The translations under genes and the position numbers were made by a program. This document shows positions 46,655 through 54,374 of a stretch of 64,000 nt of DNA, piece after piece. The stretch is taken from assembly GCA_964490725.1 (NCBI GenBank), contig CAZBDU010000014.1:8866-72865 (forward strand), given 5' to 3'. This stretch comes from an uncultured Spirochaetaceae bacterium (GTDB lineage: Bacteria > Spirochaetota > Spirochaetia > SZUA-6 > DRHE01). The notes below the pieces were generated by a model. That model saw only the letters and a list, made by a program, of their open reading frames with translations, did no database searches and was not told the origin of the DNA. Position 1 is the stretch's first letter; every line of letters begins with the position of its first letter.

Positions 46655-46969
46655 ATGAGGATACTGACCGTTTTGTTGTCGTGCCTGGTCCTTCTGGGCG
46701 CGGCGTCCGTCGTGTACGGGCACGAGGGTGAGGAGCACGAGGCACCTCAGAAGGTCACGAGCGCCGTCATGAGCGGCTCTCACGACGAGGGGCAGGCCGG
46801 GGGCGAGGAGGAGCACTCCGAGGCGGTGGAGGCGGACTTTCAGACCATCCGGCAGGAGGTGTCTGCCTCCACTGCGTTCATCGTCATCAAGGCGCTGGCC
46901 CTGGCGGCGGCAATCGCGGGGATCGGGCTGGTGTATCTGACCCGCCGCAGGAGCGGAGAGACAAGATGA
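46655..46969 (+). CDS. Small secreted His/Glu-rich protein with a C-terminal TM anchor
   Basis: AGGAGG SD and a signal peptide. Contains HEGEEHE..SGSHDEGQAGGEEEHSE. C-terminal helix AFIVIKALALAAAIAGIGLVYL. Confidence 0.6.
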   Translation: MRILTVLLSCLVLLGAASVVYGHEGEEHEAPQKVTSAVMSGSHDEGQAGGEEEHSEAVEADFQTIRQEVSASTAFIVIKALALAAAIAGIGLVYLTRRRSGETR

Positions 46970-47979
46970 GCGCCGGCGACGCGTCTGAAGGCAAGGAGTG
47001 GAGACTCACAGACTTCGACTACGAGGTGCCGGAAAACGCCGAGCGGTTCGGCTACAGCGTCGGGGGAGTCACCCTGGTGGGACTGCTTCTGCTCATCCTC
47101 ACCGGGATCATCATGACCTTCTTCTACACCCCGACGGTGGATGAAGCGCGGGGGAGCGTCCTGGCCCTGAGCTCTCACCCGGGAGGACTGTGGTTGCGCT
47201 CGTTCCACCGCTGGACTGCAGAGGCGGTGATCTTTCTGCTGATCCTGCACATTACCAGGGTGGTGTTCACCGGGTCTTACCGCGGCAGGCGTACGCTGAA
47301 CTGGCTTTTCGGTGTGCTGCTGCTGTTCGTGACCATGGGATTCTTCTTCTCCGGGACCGTGTTGAAGTGGGATCAGGAGGGATACGAGGCGTACCAGCAC
47401 GCCGTGGAGGCCATGGAGCTGGTCCCCCTGGTGGGGGCCGCGCTGGCTTCGGTCATAACCGGCCTCCCCGCGGTGGCGCGATTCTACGCCACCCACACGC
47501 TGGTGCTCCCGGCCCTGCTTCTCCTGCTTCTTACCCCGCACCTGGTGCTGATGAAGCTGAACGGGCTTTCAACCCTGCCGGGGGAAAGCTCGCCGCGGAC
47601 CAGCTCCTTCTTCCATCATCTGAAGCGAGTGCTGGCCTTCAGCCTGATCGTCTACGGAGTGATGGCGTTTCTGGCCGCCCTGTTTCCGGCCAGCCTGTAT
47701 CCCGGGCCGTACACCGGCGTTGAGATGACCAAGCCGCCGTGGGCGTTCCTGGTCCTTTACGCTCTGGAGGATTGGATCGGCCTCAAGGCGCTGCTGGTGG
47801 CTCCGGTGGTGCTTCTGGTGGGGCTGGTCGTGATCCCCTTCATCGACCGCAGAGCGTCCCTGAGCTCAGCGGCGCGGAAGCTCATCGTCTGGGGCTACGT
47901 TTTCGTCGCCGCCGTGGTGATCTTTCTGATCGTCTACGTCGGCCTCACCCCGCCGGTGACCCATCTGGGCATGGATTGA
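46966..47979 (+). CDS. Di-heme cytochrome b (bc1/b6-type N-terminal domain homolog)
   Basis: His pairs SFHRW-x-LILH (H-x13-H) and ATHTLVLPALLLLLLTPH (H-x14-H) in TM helices. ATGA overlap with the upstream gene. Confidence 0.8.
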   Translation: MSAGDASEGKEWRLTDFDYEVPENAERFGYSVGGVTLVGLLLLILTGIIMTFFYTPTVDEARGSVLALSSHPGGLWLRSFHRWTAEAVIFLLILHITRVVFTGSYRGRRTLNWLFGVLLLFVTMGFFFSGTVLKWDQEGYEAYQHAVEAMELVPLVGAALASVITGLPAVARFYATHTLVLPALLLLLLTPHLVLMKLNGLSTLPGESSPRTSSFFHHLKRVLAFSLIVYGVMAFLAALFPASLYPGPYTGVEMTKPPWAFLVLYALEDWIGLKALLVAPVVLLVGLVVIPFIDRRASLSSAARKLIVWGYVFVAAVVIFLIVYVGLTPPVTHLGMD

Positions 47980-48539
47980 TGGGGAAGCGGCTGCGCTTGT
48001 TCGGGTTGAGAGGGGCTCCCCGCGCCGGCGGCTCCGGCCGCGGGGAGTCCCTCCGCGAGGAGCGCATCCGGAGCCGGCCCGCCGACGGTGAGCCCGCGGA
48101 GGTGGTTGCCGTTCACGGCGGGAGGGCTATCCTGCGGCTGGCCGCCGGCTCGGGATGCGAGAAGTGCCGCCTGTGCAGGCGGGTCTCCTCAGAGGAGATG
48201 GCCCTGTCGGCGCGCTGCGATCCCGGGCTCCGGCCCGGGGACCGCGGAACGGTATTCGTGGATCCGGCGGTGCGGGTCCGGGCCGCGCTGGTCCTGTTCT
48301 TGGCCCCCCTGGCGGCGCTGGTGGGCGGCTACTTCGCCGGCGCCATCCTGGCCCGCGTGACCGGCCTGGGAGGAGGCGGAGAGCTCCTGCCGGCGCTGGT
48401 AGGGCTGGCCTCTCTGGCGGCCAGCTTCCTGCCGATTCATCGCTACGACCGTCGCAAGCGGTCGGACCCGCGGTTTGCCCTCCATTTCTGGGTCACCGGG
48501 CGGTCTTCGGTGGGCGCAGAGGCGTACCGCGGCGATTGA
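47979..48539 (+). CDS. RseC/MucC-family membrane protein (copy 2)
   Basis: ..AEVVAVHGGRAILRLAAGSGCEKCRLC.. followed by two TM helices. TGATG overlap with the cytochrome b stop. Confidence 0.65.
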   Translation: MGKRLRLFGLRGAPRAGGSGRGESLREERIRSRPADGEPAEVVAVHGGRAILRLAAGSGCEKCRLCRRVSSEEMALSARCDPGLRPGDRGTVFVDPAVRVRAALVLFLAPLAALVGGYFAGAILARVTGLGGGGELLPALVGLASLAASFLPIHRYDRRKRSDPRFALHFWVTGRSSVGAEAYRGD

Positions 48540-48596
48540 GCCGATCGAGGCGATCGGGTTGAGCTAGGTGACGATATTTCACAGGAGGAGGTTTCC

Positions 48597-49277
48597 ATGC
48601 AGAACGCAATCGCAGAGGGTATTCACTGGGTGGGAGTGCATTTCCCCACGCCCCCGGGGGCGGCGCTGAACGCTTATCTGATTCAGGACCAGGAGGTGGC
48701 GCTGATCGACACCACCGCCCCGGCCACTGCGCCGGCGGTGCTGGAGAAGGTGAAGGCCCTGGCCGACCCAAGGGAGATCCGGCACATCGTGCTGACCCAC
48801 GCGGACCTGGACCACGCCGGCGGGCTGGCGGCCTTCCTGCGGGAGGCGCCCCAGGCCCAGGTACACGTCAGTGAGTTCGAGGCCAAGAGCCTTCCCATGT
48901 GGGGCGTGAAGGCCTCCGTGCACATCACCGGCGAGGGGGACAGGCTCTCCCTGGGCAGGCATACCCTCCGCTTCATCCAGACTCCCTACATCTGCACGCC
49001 CGGCCACCAGCTCCTGTTCGAGGAAAGCGAGGGGATCCTCTTTTCGGGGGACCTGTTCGCCCAGATCGGCCCGGTGGAATGGACCCTCTTCTCCGAGGGC
49101 GACAGGTCGGAGCTGCTGAAGAAAGTCCAGGCCATGAAGCTCGGCGTGACCGACTACCCGCGGCAGGCCATCGAGAAGATCAGGGACCTGCCGGTGCGAA
49201 TCATCGCCTCGGGGCATGGCCAGCTGCTGAGCGACAACGTGCAGCGCTACATGAAGGAGCTGAGCGGCCAGGCCTAG
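48597..49277 (+). CDS. Metallo-beta-lactamase-fold protein (resembles the FprA N-terminal domain)
   Basis: GGAGGAGG SD. ..IHWVGV....NAYLIQDQEVALIDT..VLTHADLDHAGG. Confidence 0.8.
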   Translation: MQNAIAEGIHWVGVHFPTPPGAALNAYLIQDQEVALIDTTAPATAPAVLEKVKALADPREIRHIVLTHADLDHAGGLAAFLREAPQAQVHVSEFEAKSLPMWGVKASVHITGEGDRLSLGRHTLRFIQTPYICTPGHQLLFEESEGILFSGDLFAQIGPVEWTLFSEGDRSELLKKVQAMKLGVTDYPRQAIEKIRDLPVRIIASGHGQLLSDNVQRYMKELSGQA

Positions 49278-51526
49278 CCGGCAGAGCCGGGGGGTGCGCC
49301 GTCGGGGACGCCTTCTTCGCCTAGCGAGCGCACGTATTCCTCGATCTCCGCGATACGGACGATCGAGAGCATCTCGGCGGCAACCCTCTCGGCCCGCTCC
49401 AGGCTGTTGGCCGCCAGCCGGCTGCGAACCTCCGGGATGCGTCGCGGGTCCACGCTCAGCTTGCGGATCCCCAGCCCGCTGAGAAAGAGGGTCATGGAGG
49501 GATAGGAGGCCGCGTCTCCGCATACCGAGAGCTCAGAGATGCGTTCCCCGACCCCGTCGGCGATCCTTTTCAGGGCGCGCAGCACCATGGGGTGATGGCT
49601 CAGGTACAGCTTCCCGAGCCGTTCGTTGGTGCGGTCCACCGCCAGCAGGTACATGACCAGGTCGTTGGTCCCTATGGACAGGAAGTCCGCCTCCTGCGCC
49701 AGCTCGGAGATTGCCTCCACCGCGGAGGGCAGCTCCACCATCGCTCCGACCCTCGCCCGGGCGTTGTGCTCCACGCCCTGTTGCGCCAGCTCCCGCTGGC
49801 AGCGGTGCAGCTCATCGCGCGCCTCCAGGTACTCGTCCACCGAGGAGATCATGGGAAACATGATCCCCAGCCGCACTCCGGCTCCGGCGCCCGCGCGGAG
49901 CATGGCGCGGAGCTGATCGCGGAACAGGTCCCTGCGAGAGAGGGAGAAGCGGATCCCGCGCACTCCCAGGAAGGGGTTGGATTCGCGCTCCCAGGTGGGC
50001 ATGAGCTTGTCGCCTCCCAGATCGAAGGTGCGCAGAATTACCTCCTCCTCCGGCATGGCGCGCACGATCTCCCGGTAGATCAGGGTCTGCTCCTCTTCCG
50101 AGGGAAAGTCGTAGCGCAGAATGAAGGGAAACTCGCTGCGGTACAGCCCGATGCCGTCGGCCCTGCAGGCGGCGGCACCCTCCAGCTCCGACAGGAGGTT
50201 GATGTTGGCCATCACGCGGATCCCCATCCGGCGCACGGCCTTTTTCTCCTTCACGGTGCATGCCGGAGATACGACGGAGGCCGTCAGCCTGTCGAACCGC
50301 TCCTTCAGTTGTTGCTGCGGCTCGATATGGAGCCTGCCGCCGCTGGAGTCCAGGAGGACAAACGTACCGGGGGGCAGGTCCTCAAGGCGGGGGTCCTGCG
50401 TTGCCAGAACCGGAATGCCCAGCGACCGGGCCAGGATGGTGATGTGGGCTGTGGTGGTGGCTCCCCGGAAGACGATCCCTTCCACGTTCTGGACGGCAAG
50501 CTTCACCATTTCCGAGGGGAACAGCTCGGAGGTGAGAACGATATGCCCCCGATAGTCCGCCAGCTCCTCTTCGATGCCCTCCAGATTGGTGAGAATCCTG
50601 TGGCCCACGTCCCGCACGTCCTGGGCCTTCTGCTGGAGCCGGGGCTCCGTCAGGCGGGTGAACCGGTCGACGTACCGGTTCACCACCTCCACCACCGCGG
50701 CCGCCGGAGTCATCCCCTCCCGGATCCGACGCAGCATCTTCCCGGTGAAGTCCTCATCCTTGAGCATGAGCAGATGAGAGCTGAAGATGAAGGAAGCCAG
50801 GTCCTGCGAATCCAGCTCGATTCGTGACTGCAGCATCTCCAGCTGCTTTTGCGAGGCCTCCACGGCGTGCAGGAACCCCTGCTCGGGGGACTGCCCGGGG
50901 GGCAGGCCTGAGGGAGTCTGCTCGTGGATCGCATACAGATCGGCCAGCCGGAACAGCTGCCCCAGGGCCACGCCGTCGGACACGCTGAGGCCGGTGATCA
51001 GGGTCGGAACCTCCCTGGTAAGCGCCGGCCGGGCGTGCTCCCTGTCCCGCATCTCGATCAGCACGGTGGCGTTCTCCATGGTGGCCGCCAGGTGAGAGGC
51101 GATGGCCTTGAGGGCGTTCAGGTGTTCCTCGTCCAGACCCTCCGGCTGCCGGTTCTCCAGGGCGATCCCGCCGATGAGCACCGGTCCCCTGCGGATGGGA
51201 ACGGCTGCGATCCTGCGCCGGCCTCCCGCGCGGTCGGGCTGCTCGCCGATGCGGGGGCTCCGCTCTCTGAGCGCCTCGGCGATGACGCCCGTGCCCTCCC
51301 GTATCTCCTCCGCGACCAGACCGCCGCGTCCGCCGGAGGTAGCGGAGAACAGCAGGTCCCCGCGCTCCTCGTCCACCAGCAGCACCGTGCAGCTGTCGGC
51401 CTCCAGGAATGAGGCCACCCCGTCGGCCACCTCCCGGAGGAACCCCTCGATGCTTCCCCTCTTCTCGAAGAGGCTGGATAGGCGGCCCAGGATCTGCGCC
51501 AGGTGGATCTTGTGGGGTTTCTTCAT
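49274..51526 (-). CDS. ptsP: GAF-domain phosphoenolpyruvate-protein phosphotransferase (Enzyme I-Ntr type)
   Basis: N-terminal GAF domain followed by PEP-utilising enzyme domains (..GGATTTAHITILARSLGIPV.., ..FLSIGTNDL..). Confidence 0.9.
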   Translation of the reverse strand: MKKPHKIHLAQILGRLSSLFEKRGSIEGFLREVADGVASFLEADSCTVLLVDEERGDLLFSATSGGRGGLVAEEIREGTGVIAEALRERSPRIGEQPDRAGGRRRIAAVPIRRGPVLIGGIALENRQPEGLDEEHLNALKAIASHLAATMENATVLIEMRDREHARPALTREVPTLITGLSVSDGVALGQLFRLADLYAIHEQTPSGLPPGQSPEQGFLHAVEASQKQLEMLQSRIELDSQDLASFIFSSHLLMLKDEDFTGKMLRRIREGMTPAAAVVEVVNRYVDRFTRLTEPRLQQKAQDVRDVGHRILTNLEGIEEELADYRGHIVLTSELFPSEMVKLAVQNVEGIVFRGATTTAHITILARSLGIPVLATQDPRLEDLPPGTFVLLDSSGGRLHIEPQQQLKERFDRLTASVVSPACTVKEKKAVRRMGIRVMANINLLSELEGAAACRADGIGLYRSEFPFILRYDFPSEEEQTLIYREIVRAMPEEEVILRTFDLGGDKLMPTWERESNPFLGVRGIRFSLSRRDLFRDQLRAMLRAGAGAGVRLGIMFPMISSVDEYLEARDELHRCQRELAQQGVEHNARARVGAMVELPSAVEAISELAQEADFLSIGTNDLVMYLLAVDRTNERLGKLYLSHHPMVLRALKRIADGVGERISELSVCGDAASYPSMTLFLSGLGIRKLSVDPRRIPEVRSRLAANSLERAERVAAEMLSIVRIAEIEEYVRSLGEEGVPDGAPPGSAG

Positions 51527-51646
51527 GGGTCAAACATAGGTAGGGGGCTACCGGCGGGTCAACCGTTCCGGCGCCGGACCCGGCCGGTGGCGCCACCACG
51601 ATCGAGCCCCGGGCCGCCGCCAGAGAGAACGCCGCGGCCGGGCGGA

Positions 51647-51666
51647 CCGTGGGGGTTCCCCCACGG
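51647..51666 (-). terminator. GC-rich hairpin CCGTGGGG-GTTC-CCCCACGG downstream of the tusA/thiF operon; no U-tract
   Basis: Read directly as a perfect 8-bp stem with a 4-nt loop, 60 nt after the TusA stop. Confidence 0.35.
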
Positions 51667-51725
51667 CGCCCGGCACGCAGCTCGATACGGGGCTCGTTCG
51701 GACCGGCGGCCTGAGGCGCATCCCG

Positions 51726-51977
51726 CTACTCCGCCACCTTGCGGACGAAGATGCTCCAGGCCGAGGGCGCCTGCTGGCGGACCGCCAGCACCTGCTGGCC
51801 GGCCAGCTTCAGGCTGTGAGGCACGTTTTCCACGGCCGTCGCGTTGTCCACGGTGATCTTCAGCACCTGGCCGATCTGCATCTCCTCCAGGGTGATGCGG
51901 CTCTTGACGAACGTGTAAGGGCAGACCTCACCCCTGAGATCCAGGTCGAAGTCTGCCACGATCTGCTCTTCCGCCAT
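51726..51977 (-). CDS. TusA/SirA-family sulfurtransferase (copy 2)
   Basis: LDLRGEVCPYTFVKSRITLEEM. Confidence 0.8.
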   Translation of the reverse strand: MAEEQIVADFDLDLRGEVCPYTFVKSRITLEEMQIGQVLKITVDNATAVENVPHSLKLAGQQVLAVRQQAPSAWSIFVRKVAE

Positions 51978-52016
51978 TCGCTCTTTCCTCCCTGTTCCGG
52001 CGAACCGGCGCGAGTC

Positions 52017-52838
52017 TCACGGGCAGGCCGCCTTTCCCCCCTGCCCGCAGGCCGCGGGTTGCTCCACGTCGGCTATCTCCCTCATCGTGGGCCGCTCGCC
52101 GCACGCCGGGCAGTCCGGGTCGCGGGGCACCGCCACGCAGGTGTAATCCATCGTCAGGGCGTCCACGAACAGCATCCTGTCCACCAGAAGCTCGCCGATG
52201 CCCAGCAGGTACTTGAGCGCCTCCGCCGCCTGGATCGTACCCAGCATTCCGGCCACGGCGCCCAGCACGCCCGCTTCCGCGCAGCTTGGCACCGATCCGG
52301 CCGGGGGCGGGGTCTGGCAGACGCAGCGGTAGCAGGCGCTGCCGGGCACGTGGGTCATGGTCTGCCCGCAGTAGCGCAGGATGCCGGCCAGGGAGAAGGG
52401 CTTTCCCAGGAGCACGCAGGCGTCGCTGATCAGGAACTTGGCGGGGAAGTTGTCCGTACCTTCCACCACGAAGTCGTAGTCCCGGAGGATGCCCGCAATG
52501 TTGGCCGCGGTGAGCCGGCCGGGATGCGTTCTCACCGCCACCTCCGGGTTGAGCTGGCGCAGCTTGGCCCTGGCGGAGTCTACCTTGAAGGCGCCCACGT
52601 CCGGGGTGAAGTGCAGGATCTGGCGCTGCAGGTTGCTCAGGTCCACCGTGTCGCCGTCTGCGATCCCCAGGGTTCCCACCCCTGCGGCGGCCAGGTAGTA
52701 GGCGGCAGGCGAGCCCAGCCCGCCGGCGCCTGCCACCAGGACCCGGGACTGCTGCAGTCTCCTCTGCCCTTTTCCGCCGACGTCGGGCAGCAGGATGTGC
52801 CGGCTGTAGCGGACGATCTGCTCTTCCGTGAAACCCAA
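52017..52838 (-). CDS. ThiF/MoeB-family E1-like adenylyltransferase (copy 2; close paralog of 25806-26645)
   Basis: (M)GFTEEQIVRYSRHILLPDVGGKGQRRL..GAGGLGSP..CYRC..CPACG. I chose TTG 52838 because GGAG lies 7 nt upstream and the N-terminus then matches the paralog. Confidence 0.9.
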   Translation of the reverse strand: MGFTEEQIVRYSRHILLPDVGGKGQRRLQQSRVLVAGAGGLGSPAAYYLAAAGVGTLGIADGDTVDLSNLQRQILHFTPDVGAFKVDSARAKLRQLNPEVAVRTHPGRLTAANIAGILRDYDFVVEGTDNFPAKFLISDACVLLGKPFSLAGILRYCGQTMTHVPGSACYRCVCQTPPPAGSVPSCAEAGVLGAVAGMLGTIQAAEALKYLLGIGELLVDRMLFVDALTMDYTCVAVPRDPDCPACGERPTMREIADVEQPAACGQGGKAACP

Positions 52839-52854
52839 GGCCACGCTCCAAGTC

Positions 52855-52874
52855 TACCCCAGGGGGGTGGGGTA
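52855..52874 (-). promoter_or_regulatory. Operator copy S6 TACCCCAGGGGGGTGGGGTA, 17 nt upstream of the thiF-2 start
   Basis: Read directly. It matches the plus-strand consensus exactly, so it is inverted relative to the gene it precedes. I found no clear -35/-10 pair upstream. Confidence 0.6.
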
Positions 52875-53062
52875 GCGCAAGCCCGGTATGCCCGACGCCG
52901 CGGCCGCAGGGGCGCGGCAGCGCCGGAATCCTCCTGCCTCGCGGTCTGGGCGGGCCGCACCCCTCCGCGCCGGGCTGTGGGCCGGAGGGACGCCGGCAGG
53001 CAGGTCCGCGCTTCCGGCGGGGCTGCGGTCCTCGCCCTGCGGCGGCCCTCCACAGGGCAGGC

Positions 53063-53458
53063 TCAGAAGCTGTAGGCGTCCACCGGCCGGGCGCCTCCGC
53101 CCTGGACCTGGATAAGAACCCCGTGGGGGAGACAGGCGATCCACTGTCCGGGACGGCTGACCGCGTCGCTGCGCACGCAGATCTGACGGGGACAGGAAGA
53201 ACGGATCACCCGGGCTTCCCCGTCGGCTATGGCCACCACGCAGCTGCCCGGGGGCCCGGCGCCGGCGAAAACCCTGTCCTCCCGCAGCGGGAAGATCCAC
53301 TCCCCCTGGGCAGAGCGGATGGTCACCTCAGGGTCGCGCGAGGGCCTGGCGTAGGCTCCGGCGGCCGAGAGGACCACCACCGCTGCGGCCAGCAGGACGG
53401 CGGCCAAGTCGAGGGGCCGAAGCCGCGGCCGCCACCGTCCGCGCCGGGCAGGAGGCAT
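53063..53458 (-). CDS. NusG domain II-containing membrane-anchored protein (DUF1312-like)
   Basis: TM anchor LDLAAVLLAAAVVVLSAAG, then ..VIRSSCPRQICVRSDAVSRPGQWIACLPHGVLIQV. Confidence 0.6.
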   Translation of the reverse strand: MPPARRGRWRPRLRPLDLAAVLLAAAVVVLSAAGAYARPSRDPEVTIRSAQGEWIFPLREDRVFAGAGPPGSCVVAIADGEARVIRSSCPRQICVRSDAVSRPGQWIACLPHGVLIQVQGGGARPVDAYSF

Positions 53459-53459
53459 G

Positions 53460-54101
53460 TCAGCGGCCACCGGCGCCTCGCGGCTGGCTTCCCTGCTTGC
53501 GGGCCACAACAAGCCTGACCACGTCCAGAAAGAGGTGCTCCGCCCGCTCGATCTGGAACCCCGCCGCGGCAATGTTGCTCTGGGTCTCCCGGAGCATGGA
53601 GGTGCCCAGGGCGCGCACGCTGTAGACGTCCATCAGGCGCAGGAAGAGGTTCACCAGGGGGCTCTCGCTTTTCATGTGCTCCAGGAACACGGCCCGGCCC
53701 GCCGGTTGGAGGACCCGGTACACCTCCCTGAGGCCCTGCAGCGGGTCCGGGACGGTGCAGAAGACGAAGGTGCTGATCACGGTTGCGAAGGTGTCGTCCG
53801 CGAAGGCCAGCTCCTGCACGTCCATTTCCAGGAGCTTGACGTTGGCCAGGCCCAGGCGTTCTTTCTTCTCCGCCGCCTTCTCCAGCATGCCGGGACTGAA
53901 ATCCACGGCCGTCACGTCGGTTCCCGGGGGGTAGTGAGGCAGGTTCTTCCCCGTGCCCACCCCGACCTCCAGCACCGGGCCGCGCACCAGGGACAGCGCC
54001 CGCTGCCGGAGGCGCCGGAAGAGGAGCCCCTCGACGATGCCCTCCATCCGGTCGTAATGCCGCGCTGCGCGGTCGTACTTCTCGATCGTGCTCGTTTCCA
54101 T
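53460..54101 (-). CDS. Class I SAM-dependent methyltransferase (UbiE/Methyltransf_11-like)
   Basis: VLEVGVGTGKNL..AVDFSPGMLEKA..ADDTFATVISTF. Confidence 0.85.
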   Translation of the reverse strand: METSTIEKYDRAARHYDRMEGIVEGLLFRRLRQRALSLVRGPVLEVGVGTGKNLPHYPPGTDVTAVDFSPGMLEKAAEKKERLGLANVKLLEMDVQELAFADDTFATVISTFVFCTVPDPLQGLREVYRVLQPAGRAVFLEHMKSESPLVNLFLRLMDVYSVRALGTSMLRETQSNIAAAGFQIERAEHLFLDVVRLVVARKQGSQPRGAGGR

Positions 54102-54204
54102 GCTCCCGTGCTCCTGGAGGAACCGCGCCGGCAGCCTGCGGAAGGGCAGGCGGCACGTCCCGGTCGCCTAATAACCTACTGCCCAACAAGCGGGCGCGGC
54201 AAGG

Positions 54205-54260
54205 TTGACTGACCGTGCGCGGCGGCAGTATACTCAAGATACCCCAGGGGGGTGGGGTGT
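54205..54260 (+). promoter_or_regulatory. Promoter (TTGACT-N18-TATACT) plus operator copy S7 ATACCCCAGGGGGGTGGGGTGT (54239-54260)
   Basis: Read directly. The operator starts 4 nt after the -10 box. Confidence 0.75.
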
Positions 54261-54374
54261 TCAAGAGGGCGGTCCCGGATTTTCGGGTCCCCTGGTCTGC
54301 GGCCGTCCTCCATGGTGTCGTGGACCCGCTGCCGCCCGGGCGGGACCGGAGCGGGGGCGGACAGGGAGGCGCAC

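Noticed and set aside
51647-51666. CCGTGGGGGTTCCCCCACGG as a ninth operator copy.
   Set aside because: The polarity is opposite (G-run then C-run, against C-run then G-run in the operators). It lacks the TAC/GTA ends and lies downstream of a gene end. It is better explained as a terminator-like hairpin, although no U-tract follows.
18438-54260. The repeated TACCCCAGGGGGGTGGGGTA element as a CRISPR repeat, REP/BIME element or MITE.
   Set aside because: The copies are 0.2-16 kb apart with no regular spacers and are single units, not clustered. Seven of the eight hold a fixed position just downstream of a -10 box and upstream of a start codon, which fits an operator rather than a selfish repeat.
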